Source: an uncultured Chloroflexia bacterium (GTDB lineage: Bacteria; Chloroflexota; Anaerolineae; JAAYZQ01). From it: a stretch of DNA of 64,000 bases. Within the stretch, counting starts at the first letter, position 1; the number at the start of each line of letters is the position of its first letter. The stretch covers positions 1-64,000 of the forward strand of contig CAVOXA010000005.1 of NCBI GenBank assembly GCA_963700285.1, read 5' to 3'. The position numbers and the translations under genes are program-made. Shown here in pieces: positions 10,423 through 20,635 of this stretch. Below the pieces are notes generated by a model. The model was not told the origin of the DNA and ran no database searches. It worked only from the letters and a program-made list of their open reading frames with translations.

Positions 10423-11747
10423 ATGGAAGCGATGAAGGTCGACAAGATCACCGTCTGTGGAGGAGGAAACGGCGCCCAGACTCTGGCTCCCATCGCCGCC
10501 TGCAATCTGGGCTGCGCCGTGGACCTGTATGCCCCCTTTGGCGACGAAGCCGAGCGACTGCGCACTGGCATCGCCGCCCACGGTGGCCTGGAGGCCACAT
10601 CTCACCAGAGTGGGTTCGCAGTTCAGGCCAAGGCCCGGCCACGCCGGGTCAGCGCCGACCCGGCCGAGGTGATCCCCGGCTCGGGCGTGGTGGTGCTGGT
10701 GCTGCCCGCATTTGCCCACGAGGGCACGCTGCGCCAGATCGTGCCCTTCCTGGACGAGGGAGCCTGGGTCGGGGCTATGCCCGCCCGCGGAGGCTTTGAC
10801 TATTGTGCCGTGCAGGTGTTGAAGGAGCAGGGCCGAGAGGATGTCCGGCTCTTTGGCCTGCAGACGCTGCCCTGGGCCTGTCGCATCGAGGACTATGGCC
10901 AGATCGTCCACGTTCTGGGAGTCAAAAAGATGGTGGACGCGGCCAGCCGGCCGGCCGCACAGATCGGGGAGATAGCGCCGCTGCTGGCGCGGATGCTGGG
11001 CCTGCCCATCGGCCGGACGTCGAACCTGCTGGCTCTGACGTTGGCCAACACCGGGCAGCTCATTCACCCGGGCATCATGTACGGCCTCTTTGCCACGTTT
11101 GGGATAGCGCCTTTTGGGGTCGAGGATGCTCCCCTGTTCTATCAGGGCTTGAGCCAGGAGGGGGCCAGGACTCTGGCCGAACTGAGCGACGACGTGCAGG
11201 CCATCCGGACCCGGCTGGCAGCCTGCGCTGGACCTTTCGGCGGTGCGCCCGCTGTTTGACTGGTTGCTCCAGTCCTACGGCGACGCCATCGCCGATCCGT
11301 CCACCCTGCACAGCGCCTTTGTCACCAACCGGGCCTACGCCGGCCTCAAGGCGCCGGTCGAGATGCGCGAACCTGACCGGACCCACAGCTCGGGTCAGCT
11401 TGTCCCCGACTTCGAGGGCGCGGTACCTGGCCGAGGACGTGCCCTTTGGCTTGGCCGTCAGCCGGGCCATCGCCAAGCTGGCTGATGTGCAGACGCCCAC
11501 GATGGACAGAGTGATCGCCTGGGCCGGCGCCCGGCTGGGCAAGGACTATCTGGGCCGCGATGCAGGCCAGGCCCGCATCCCACAAGCATATGGGCTGGAC
11601 AATCTGGACCAATTGCTTTCTTTCGCTGCCGAAACCGAAAGCCGACTGGCGCGCCGCGTGAGCGCGGGGCCCAGGCATCACAAGAGGATGAGGGACAACA
11701 CAGGAGGAGAAGAATCATGGGGACTGAAGCTGAAACGTACCACATAA
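10423..11747 (+). CDS. NAD(P)-dependent opine (octopine/nopaline) dehydrogenase family protein; frameshifted, 3' end uncertain
   Basis: VCGGGNGA Rossmann, LPAFAHE, QTLPWACRI, IHPGIMY, PLFYQG, RYLAEDVPFGL. Confidence 0.88.
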
Positions 11748-13740
11748 AGCGGCGCGTGCTGGCCGGATCCATCGGCGATTGCGTCCACTCGCTGGGCGTC
11801 GAGACCTTTGCCGAGTGGATGGAAGACCGGGGCGAGGGCTTCATGGCGGTCAAGCTGGGGCCGGCCGTGCCGATCGACGACGTGGTCAACAAGATCCGCG
11901 AATCGCGACCCGAGGTGGTTGCCATCTCGATGCGCCTGGGCGACCTGCACGTGGACAAGCTCATCGCCGAATTCATCGAAAAGGCGGCCCGGTACCGCCT
12001 GCTGCCCCGCGAGAGCGGCATCCGCTACGCCTTTGGCGGGCTGCGCCCGGCGGCCAACCTGGTGCGGGCCATGACCGGCCTGCCGGTGCAGGAGGACAAG
12101 TTCTCGCCGCCGGAGGACCGGCACTTTGACCTGGACGAGATCGCCGAGAACTATGGCGACATCGACGCCTTCCAGGGCTTTTTTGCCCTGGTCGTCGACG
12201 ACTTTATCACCATGGAGGAGCTGGAGGCCTTTGCCCAGGACGCAGCGGTCGCGGCGAAAGAGCAGGAGATCGCAGTGGGCCGACTCGCTGCTGGAGCGCA
12301 TCCGGCAGGTGCGCGAGCTGGAGAACCGGCCCATCATCCGCGCGCACATCGGCATCGCCGCCGACAGCATCGAGCCCACGGTCGAGGGCGTCCGAAATGC
12401 TGGCCGACGCCCAATGCCTGGAGATTGTCTCGCTGGCGCCCGACCAGCCGGCCCAGGAGTACCTGGCCAAGTTCGTGCGCGGCGAAGAGGACCCCGAAAA
12501 GTACCTCAAGGGCCAGGGCGGCGTGCCCATCCGCAGCACCGAGGATCTGCAACGGCTGAAGGCAGGCCACGCTGCGGGGCAACTATCCCATGACCCGCAT
12601 CTATTCCGGCACCGACGAGTTGGTCGAGCTGGCCAAGCTGTACGAGAGTTCCTTCCGCATGCCCTTCCCGGCCGTGCCGATCTTTTTCTACAACGAGCTG
12701 GACGGCCGCGGCCCGATCTCGATCCGCGACGGCTTCGACGAGCACTTTGAGGTCATGCGCTGGTGGGCGTCCATCGACAAACCGGTCGAGATCAATGACC
12801 CCCACCAGTGGCAACTGCGCAACAGCACCGACGACCTGCTGGTGACCGACCACGTCATCGCCGGCGTCGTGGCCCTCAAGATGGGCATCCGGCAGTACGT
12901 GATGCAGATGATGTACGACCTGCCACCCGGCACCTCCGGGCTTGAACGACCTGGCCAAGTTCCAGGCGGCCTACGAGCTGATCGAACCGCTGACCCGCCA
13001 TTTCGACTTTCATATCATCAAGGAGACGCGCGGCGGCCTGTCCGACTTTCCGCCCAACCTGGACAAGGCCAAGGGCCACCTGGCGGTGTCCACCTACTGG
13101 CAGATGTACATGGAGCCCGACATCGTCCACGTGGTCAGCTTTTCCGAAGCCCATCACGAGGCCAAGGCCGAGGATGTGATCGAAAGCTGCGACATTGTCA
13201 AGCAGGTGTTCGAGGATTTCTACCGGCGACGACAAGCCCGACATCTGGCACGATCCGCGCCTGATCGGCCGCAAACGCCAGCTCAAGCTGGGGGCCATGT
13301 ACAACCTGCTGCACCTGGCGCTTCTGGGCGGCTACGAGGGGCCGGTCAACCTGGACAACTTTTTCCAGTGGGCCGTGTCGCCGGAGGAGGCGCCGCCAGC
13401 GCGATCATCCCCGCGAGTGGGAGCGCAACTATGAAACGATGCTGCTCAGCCTCATCGACGAGGCGAACTATCCCACCGGACAGTGCGGCATGGTCAGCGC
13501 CGACACACTGGACCTGGCCTTGCAGGTTGGCCTGTTCCAGGCGCCGCAGATCACCGTTCTGGACAAGCGCTACGAGATGGTGGGCAAGTGCCGGACCAAG
13601 ATCGTGGATGGCGGCTGTGTCATCGACGAGTTCGACGGCGTCAAGGTAGCCGACGAGATCGAGCGGGTGGACCTGGTTCCGCGAGCGGAGCCCCTGGTTC
13701 TTTGACAAGACGCATCAGCCAGGCCGACGAGGATCTGTAC
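11717..13740 (+). CDS. uncharacterised cobalamin-binding enzyme (B12 domain + large catalytic domain); frameshifted, probably continuous with the GlmL domain
   Basis: GSIGDCVHSLG DxHxxG-like motif, then IRAHIG, SLAPDQ, GGVPIRS, RIYSGT, YNELDGRGP, VEINDPHQW, ETRGGL, PDIVHVV, EDVIESC; GGAGG RBS. Confidence 0.75.
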
Positions 13741-15479
13741 ATCACCGAGACGGCCGAGGCGATGGACGAGGACGTCGTGGCCGGTGCGCGACGGCAGGTG
13801 GGTATCCACAACGCATCCGAGCTGGAGAACAAGCGGGTGCTGGTGGTGGACTTTGGCAGCACCTTTTCCAAGATCGGCACCTTTGACACGGCGACGGAGG
13901 AATTCAGCCTGCGCTACGTGCCGACCATCGTCGAAGACCTGCGCGTCTCGCTGGCCGATGGCCTGGGTGTGCAAGGAAGAGTGCCAGCAGCGCGGCGACT
14001 GGGAGCCCCTGGCCAGAGCCATGGCCGAGTTCGACATCAAGCTGCCCTGCTCCAGCGCCAAGGGCGGCCTCAAGATGGTCACCGTCTCGATGGTCAAGGA
14101 GGAGAGCGGTTTTGCCGCCGACCTGGCGGCCCTGACCGCCGGCGCCAAGCTGATCAACAGCTACGAAGGGGTGCTCACCGAGGACGCAGGCGCATGGCCA
14201 TCTACGAGCAGGACCAGCCGGAGATCATCCTCCAGGCCGGCGGCGTGGATTTCGGCGGCGATACCGAGACCCAGTTGCACAACGCCCGCCTGCTGGCCAG
14301 GTACTCCAAGGCGGCCACCTATGCCCGCTATGGCGTGCCGGTGATCTATGCCGGCAACCAGGATATGCCAGCCGACGAGAGTGCGAGATAGCGCATCTAC
14401 AAGGCCGAAGGGGTGGACATCCGCATCACGCCCAACGTCATGCCCGAGATCAACACTTTCCGCATCGAGGTGGTCAACGAGGCCATCCGCGAGCTGTTCC
14501 AGACGATCATCATCCGTGGCAAGGGGTTCGACGTGGTCGAAGAGTACATGAGCGCCCCCTTTATCCCGACGCCACGGGCCGCCTTCCGCGGGATCAACCT
14601 GCTGGCCAAGGGCTACGGCGATGAGCCGGGCCTGGGCAACATCATGGCCCTGGACATCGGCGGGGCGACGACCGACTTTTACTCCAACGTCGGCGACAAC
14701 CCGCTCTACGATTACCAGGGCGACGATCCGCTGCGCAAGGTCAAGCGCACCATCCTCAAGACGCCCAACACGCCGCTGGCCTACCGCCGCGTTGAGGGCA
14801 AGTACGGCCTGGCCTACGATGCCGAGAACATCAAGGAGCTGCAGCGATTCCAGAGCGGCCGCATGCAGCGCGACCTGGAAGCGTTCTTGCTGGACGAGTA
14901 TCCCCGACTTCCATCCGGGGGATGACGCACTTCGGCGCGTTTGTGCAGCGCCTCGACGGCCGGCTGGACCTTGATCTGGATCGCTACCTGAGTTGGCTGA
15001 CGGCCAACCCCCACGCGCTGCCCACCAGCGACGAGGAGAATGCCGTTCGCTCCTTCCTGGCCAGGGAGATCATGGCCGCTACGACCGGACGCAACCTGGG
15101 CTATGTCAAGGAAACCGACACCTATTTTTTGCAGTATGGCGTCAATTTCCTCAACCAGCCCTGCACAACCCTGCTCATCGGCGGCACCATCTATCACAAG
15201 TGCAAGGACGGCGTGGCGTTGCACAGCGATGCCCAGGCAGGTGGGCGCCCGTCTCCTGGCGTCGAAAGGCTGCAACCGCGGAACGACTCTGAGCGCGACC
15301 TGTGGCTCATCGCGGCAGGCACCCAGTACAACGAGGAGGAAAGCTGGATCCTGCGGCCCAGGGGCCCGATCCTTCTGGATGCAGCCTACATGGTCTCGAT
15401 CGTCGGCGGGCTCTACGGTTACATCGATCCGGAGCGGGCGCTGCGGATGCTCAAGCGCCACCTGTTGCCGCTGGAGTAG
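13741..15479 (+). CDS. glutamate mutase L (GlmL/MutL/OraF-type) ASKHA reactivase domain; frameshifted
   Basis: LVVDFGSTFSK, CSSAKGGLKM, PEIILQAGGVDFG, PVIYAGN, NVMPEI, IPTP, LDIGGATTDFYS, RRVEGKYG. Confidence 0.82.
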
Positions 15480-16065
15480 CCGCACCGGGGTTACAGAATT
15501 ATTCTGGTTCTGCGCGCAACAACCGGTTGATCTCGGCTCGACTCCAGGATCTCCAGATCGCCAACGGTACCTGAACCTGGCAGGCCAGTGGTGGCCGCGG
15601 ATATGGCTATCCCTTGTTCCGGGACCAGGGACCAGGTGTCGCCATGGCGACTATGGTCCTTGGCTGCCGCCTGCCGGGTTTCGTAGTGTGCTCCAACTTC
15701 CCTCCTCTTCTTCTATGGCTCGGCACATGTCATGTATCCCTCAACGAAACAAGCTGGCGCCTGCCTTCGTCCTGCGCCAGGAACTTGTGCTTCCGCAAGG
15801 TCCTACATGGATGGATGACACCAGCGCCAGGGGCTGGGAGCAGATAGCTACTTGAACCGTAGCTACCAGGTCGGATGCCCAATCAAGACCCGATCGCCTG
15901 GAAGCTGCACCTGGGGCGAGGCTGACCAGAGGGTCTTCCCGGGATTTGACATGCTGGAGAGCATGTGCCATAATTGCAGCTTCGCTGACCGATGTTCAGC
16001 CAGAAAGGGCAACACTGGCCCAACAGGGCGAATTCGGATGGACTATGTGATGAACGGGAGAGAAT

Positions 16066-16413
16066 ATGATCATTAGGCACGATGCAGTAGACCCGCTTGA
16101 ATTCGACAACTTGAAGATTCTTGACTACACGGCAGGGCAAGATAGTAGTTCCTCTTTCGCCGAGATTACCGTTCCCGTCGGTGTCAGTCACAGGCTTTCC
16201 TGGTCGAATCGGTCAGACAAGTACTATTACATAGCCCGGGGAGATGTGCATTTTAGGGTCAACAAAGAGTCCCACAATCTCTGCGCCGGTGATTTTTGCA
16301 TGGTTCCCAAAGGTGAACGCTTTCGCTACACGAACATCGGTTCAAGAGACGCTGTGTTGATCTTGGTGCATACTCCAAGTTTCAGGCTAGAATGCGAAGA
16401 ATTCGAGGACTGA
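16066..16413 (+). CDS. cupin domain protein
   Basis: YYYIARGDVHF..LCAGDFCMVPKGERFRYTN cupin pattern; metal His residues not conserved. Confidence 0.75.
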   Translation: MIIRHDAVDPLEFDNLKILDYTAGQDSSSSFAEITVPVGVSHRLSWSNRSDKYYYIARGDVHFRVNKESHNLCAGDFCMVPKGERFRYTNIGSRDAVLILVHTPSFRLECEEFED

Positions 16414-16455
16414 TGCACGCCAAATCACTCAATAGTTGAATGAATGTGATTAGAA

Positions 16456-16481
16456 TGGATGCCCGCGAAGGCGGGCATGAC
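16456..16481. repeat. REP-like palindrome half-unit
   Basis: TGGATGCCCGC-GAAG-GCGGGCATGAC; reads GTCAT..GGCATCCA on the minus strand. Confidence 0.5.
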
Positions 16482-16575
16482 ACGATTAGGGACCTGGGTC
16501 ACTGTACCTGGCATTCTTCCGCTGTCGCTCTGATTGCGGCAAGCGGTTCATCATGGTGCCGGCGGGGGATAGCAA

Positions 16576-19023
16576 TTGAGTGGTAGAGACAACAAGATCG
16601 TGCGCACTACGACCTGGTCCGCCGGACCGGGCTGCCATGGCGGCTGTGGCGTGCTGGCCCACATCGAGAGTGGCAAACTGGTCAAGATCGAGGGCGACCC
16701 GGAGCACCCCTGGAACCAGGGCCGGCTCTGCGCCCGCTGCCTGGCGATGACCCAGTACACCTATCACCCCGACCGGCTGACCAGCCCGCTCAAAAGGGTC
16801 GGAGAGCGGGGCGAAGACAAATGGCAGGAGATCTCCTGGGACGAGGCCTTTGACCTCGTCGAGGAGAAACTGGGCAAGATCCGGGAGGAATACGGCCCCG
16901 AGAGCATCATCTTTTCCATGGGCACCGGCCGGGATATCGGCGCCTGGATCTGCATGTTGGCCTACGCTTACGGCAGCCCCAACGTCATGTTTTCCCTCAG
17001 TGGTGTGGCCTGCTACAGCCCCCGCATCTCGGCTGTGGAGACGGTCCAGGGCGACTATTGCATCCTGGATGCGGCACAATGGTTCCCCGATCGCTATGAC
17101 GATGTCCGGTACGAGGTTCCAGAGTGCATCGTCATCTGGGGCTACAACATCCCGGCCACCTGCCCGGACAATGTCTTTGGGCACTGGATCATCGACCTGA
17201 TGAAAAAAGGCACTGAGATCATCTGTATCGATCCGCGGCTAACCTGGTTCGCCTCACGCTCGAAGAAGTGGCTGCCCATCCGGCCCGGGACCGATGGGGC
17301 GCTGGCCCTGGGCTTTCTGAACGTTATCCTCAACGAAGGCCTGTACGATCAGGAGTTTGTTGAGCAATGGACCAACGGCCGCTTCCTGGTCCGGCGCGAT
17401 GGCGGCAAGCTGCTGCGCGCCAGCGACCTGGTCGAGGGCGGGTCCTCGGACGACTTTGTGATCTGGGACAATTCCAGGGCACAGACTGTGATCTGGAATT
17501 CTGGCAGGGCCGAGTTCGCAAGGCAGGACGTAGAACCAGCGCTTCAGGGTGACTTTCATGTCAGTCTCCTAGATGGTCAGCAAGTTTCTTGCAAGACCGT
17601 TTGGGACGCCTTCCGCGAGCGGGTGAATGAGTATCCGGTGGAGCGGGTGGCCGAGATCACCTGGGTCCCTGAGAAGGATATCGCCGAGGCGGCGCGGATG
17701 TACGCCAAGGCCAAGCCCGCGGCCATCCATTGGGGCGTCCCCATTGACATGACCCCCGCCATCACACCCACCACCCAGGCCATCACCGCCCTGTGGTGTC
17801 TGACCGGCAACCTGGACGTGCCCGGCGGGAATGTGATCTCCCGCTATGCCTTTGATGCTGTGGCCTATGCCCTGCCGGGCGCCGAGGGCATCATCAAGCT
17901 AAAGTCTGCGGAAGCTGATGAAAAACGGATCGGGCGCGATCAGTATGGACCGCTGAGGCAGTTCATCTGGCGGGCCCACACCGACCTGGTACTGGACCAG
18001 ATCTTTAGCGAGGACCCTTATCCCATCAAGGGCATGTGGATCCAGACCTGCAACCCCTTGGCCGGCATCGGCCTTGACCCACAGCGATGGCGCGAGGCCC
18101 TGAAAAAGCTGGATTTTGTGGCCGTCGTCGATCTGTTCATGACGCCCACGGCCCAGTACGCGGACGTCGTCTTGCCGGCAGCCACCTTTCTCGAAAAAGA
18201 GAGCGTCAGGAGCTGGTGGGTGCCGCTGCAGACCATCAACAAGGCCATCGAGGTGGAGGGGTGCAAGCCCGACATCGAGATCAACTTTGAGCTGGCGAAA
18301 AGGTTCGACCCGGATTTTCGCTGGGACACCATCCACGAACTGTTTGACGAGATTGTCCAGCCATCGGGCATGACCTTCGAGCAGTTGCAGGAGAAGGGCT
18401 GGGCCTTTCCGCCAGAGGGGCATCCCAGCGCCCCCTATCACAGGTACCAGAAGGGACTGCTGCGCAAGGATGGCAAGCCCGGCTTCCAGACGCCCTCGGG
18501 CAAGGTGGAGTTGTACTCCACCCTGCGTGAGGATTGGGAGCTGGAACCGGTGGCTGACTACGAGGAGCCGCCCTTCACGCCTGTCAGCCAGCCTGAACTG
18601 CTGAAGGAGTATCCGTTGATCCTGTCCACCGGCAGGCGCTCGGCGGTCTATTTCCACGCGGAACACCGCAACATCCCCTGGCTGCGGGAGCTTGATCCCG
18701 ATCCTATCGTCGAGATCCACCCCGATACGGCCAAGTCCCTGGATATCGGCGCCGGGGAGTGGGTTTGGATCGAGAACTGGCTGGGTCGATGCAAGTTCCG
18801 GGCCAAGGTCACGCTGGAGGTCCCACCCTGGATGGTGATGGCGGCCCACGGCTGGTGGTTCCCTGAAGAACCAGCGGAAGAGCCATCCCTCTTTGGCGTC
18901 TGGAAGTCCAACATCAACCTGCTGTTTCCCATGGGCTCCCAGGGCAAAGACGGTCTGGGCGCACCCATCAAGCACATGCTCTGCAAAGTCTACAAAGTGG
19001 GTGGAGGGGGTGAGGCCCAATGA
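16576..19023 (+). CDS. cytoplasmic molybdopterin (bis-PGD) oxidoreductase catalytic subunit, acetylene hydratase/catechol dehydroxylase-like clade
   Basis: WSAGPGCHGGCG..LCARC, HPDRL, GVACYSPR (candidate Cys ligand), RPGTDGALA, DLFMTPTAQYADVVLPAA, GFQTPSGKVE, FHAEHR; no Tat RRxFLK. Confidence 0.9.
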   Translation: MSGRDNKIVRTTTWSAGPGCHGGCGVLAHIESGKLVKIEGDPEHPWNQGRLCARCLAMTQYTYHPDRLTSPLKRVGERGEDKWQEISWDEAFDLVEEKLGKIREEYGPESIIFSMGTGRDIGAWICMLAYAYGSPNVMFSLSGVACYSPRISAVETVQGDYCILDAAQWFPDRYDDVRYEVPECIVIWGYNIPATCPDNVFGHWIIDLMKKGTEIICIDPRLTWFASRSKKWLPIRPGTDGALALGFLNVILNEGLYDQEFVEQWTNGRFLVRRDGGKLLRASDLVEGGSSDDFVIWDNSRAQTVIWNSGRAEFARQDVEPALQGDFHVSLLDGQQVSCKTVWDAFRERVNEYPVERVAEITWVPEKDIAEAARMYAKAKPAAIHWGVPIDMTPAITPTTQAITALWCLTGNLDVPGGNVISRYAFDAVAYALPGAEGIIKLKSAEADEKRIGRDQYGPLRQFIWRAHTDLVLDQIFSEDPYPIKGMWIQTCNPLAGIGLDPQRWREALKKLDFVAVVDLFMTPTAQYADVVLPAATFLEKESVRSWWVPLQTINKAIEVEGCKPDIEINFELAKRFDPDFRWDTIHELFDEIVQPSGMTFEQLQEKGWAFPPEGHPSAPYHRYQKGLLRKDGKPGFQTPSGKVELYSTLREDWELEPVADYEEPPFTPVSQPELLKEYPLILSTGRRSAVYFHAEHRNIPWLRELDPDPIVEIHPDTAKSLDIGAGEWVWIENWLGRCKFRAKVTLEVPPWMVMAAHGWWFPEEPAEEPSLFGVWKSNINLLFPMGSQGKDGLGAPIKHMLCKVYKVGGGGEAQ

Positions 19024-19369
19024 GCAGACAGAAAACCCGAGTACGGCCTGTTGATCGACTATGAGTACTGCACCGGCTGCCATGCCTGCGAGGTGGCCTG
19101 TTCCCAGGAATACAAGCGCCCGGCGGGCATGACGGGGATGCAGGTCATCGAAACGATCCAGAAGACTGCCCAACGACAGGGCCTATCTTGCCTACCTGCC
19201 CTTTCCCACCGAGCTCTGCATCCTGTGCGGCCCCCGTACCAGGCAGGGGCTGCAGCCCGCCTGCGTCCAGCACTGCATGGCCGCCTGCATGAAATATGGG
19301 CGCATCGAGGACCTGGCAAAGGAGATGGGCGAGAAACCGAGAATGGTGCTCTGGTCGCCTCGCAGCTAG
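19020..19369 (+). CDS. small 4Fe-4S subunit of the molybdoenzyme; frameshifted
   Basis: YGLLIDYEYCTGCHACEVAC and, in a shifted frame, CILC..PACVQHCMAACMKYG; ATGA overlap with the upstream gene. Confidence 0.85.
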
Positions 19370-19395
19370 CACTTGCGCTGGTGGGACCTGCCTGC

Positions 19396-20256
19396 TCATT
19401 CCGTTCTGAAGCACGCTTCTTTCATTCTATGCACAAAGACTATGCTCAGGATTGAGGCAAAGACCATGGTCAGCATCGCACTCAGAAACAGTGACCAGTA
19501 TATTCCCAGGTCCGAGGCCTGGGCAAATGGATTGAGAAGGTACTCGACTGCGACCCCGAGGAACATCACCGGGACAAGGTACCAGTAGACCTTGTTCTGT
19601 ACAAAACGATCATTTCTGCTGAACCTGTAAAGATACAGTGCAAAGACTTGGAAGATCAGAAACGCTGTAAGATACCACCCCCCGAAATTCGAGATGGGCA
19701 CGCCGTGGTAGGGGCCGCCATCCTCCCATATCCAGGCGCCATGGATAGTTGAGCTTATTGGGTCAAAACAGAAATTCCACATGACCATGAGAAAGCTGGC
19801 AACAAAGGGAACCAGAACGAGGTCTCTCTTCTCAATGCCTGTGCCGAGATTCCCAAGGAATGTCGTGCCCATGGTCCAGGTCAGGTAGCCAGCCACGAAA
19901 TAGGCAGGCATGATCGTCAGAGGCACGGCACCGATCTTGACGCCGAGTAGGTCCGTATAGTGGTAGTTTCCAAACGGAAATCCTGTGGCTATACTTGCCG
20001 TTTCGGTGGTCCAGGAGATCAGGAATGTGATGCCAAAGAACACAAACAGATTGTCCCAGCCGTACCTTCTGACCCCATGAATGAGAACAAAGGCGAGCCA
20101 GGCCAGCTTTTGAGCGAATTCGACAGTCTCACCGGCGCTGCCAAACAGATCCCACGGATCAAGCAGTGCCAGGCTCCAGTAGATGGCTGCTACAATCACC
20201 AAGATCAGGTTCTGTCTCACTCCTGCTGCGATGTCAGTCTTGTAATCTGCAGGCAT
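19396..20256 (-). CDS. CruF-like (carotenoid 1,2-hydratase family, DUF422) membrane protein
   Basis: E..SIATGFPFGNYHY, GAVPL, DP..W.W..GG.YHGVPISNFGGW; multiple TM helices. Confidence 0.8.
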   Translation of the reverse strand: MPADYKTDIAAGVRQNLILVIVAAIYWSLALLDPWDLFGSAGETVEFAQKLAWLAFVLIHGVRRYGWDNLFVFFGITFLISWTTETASIATGFPFGNYHYTDLLGVKIGAVPLTIMPAYFVAGYLTWTMGTTFLGNLGTGIEKRDLVLVPFVASFLMVMWNFCFDPISSTIHGAWIWEDGGPYHGVPISNFGGWYLTAFLIFQVFALYLYRFSRNDRFVQNKVYWYLVPVMFLGVAVEYLLNPFAQASDLGIYWSLFLSAMLTMVFASILSIVFVHRMKEACFRTE

Positions 20257-20635
20257 TCTGTCGATATTCCATCCCCCTGGGCCGATCAGAGTTGTGTAGG
20301 TTTTTCGATCAAAGGGCCACGAACCCGATATGGGCTACTTTCCGCGGATCAAGCTCAAGCAGGCGAGGCTGTGATTGCCGTTGAGCAAAGTTCCAAGACC
20401 TCCAACTTCTGGTACCAGGCTCGCGTACAGTATAGGGCAGAACCTCCGGAGGGTCAAGCTGGCAATACGCAGCCAGGCTCGGCCAGCGAGGGGATCAGCT
20501 GGTCGCCCAGCAGCGAGCGCAGCCATCAGTCTATGTCCTGGAGGTCGCTGGCAGACCGTCCGAGTGACAGCCGTAGGCAAAGACCTTCTCAGATCTGGTC
20601 CTGACAGCCAGAGAGGGACTACGGTCCAAGGCTGG

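Noticed and set aside
15480-16065. Cobalamin or Moco riboswitch in long intergenic regions (also 400-880, 6250-6770)
   Set aside because: No B12-box or other riboswitch consensus recognised by eye; an Infernal/Rfam scan would be decisive.
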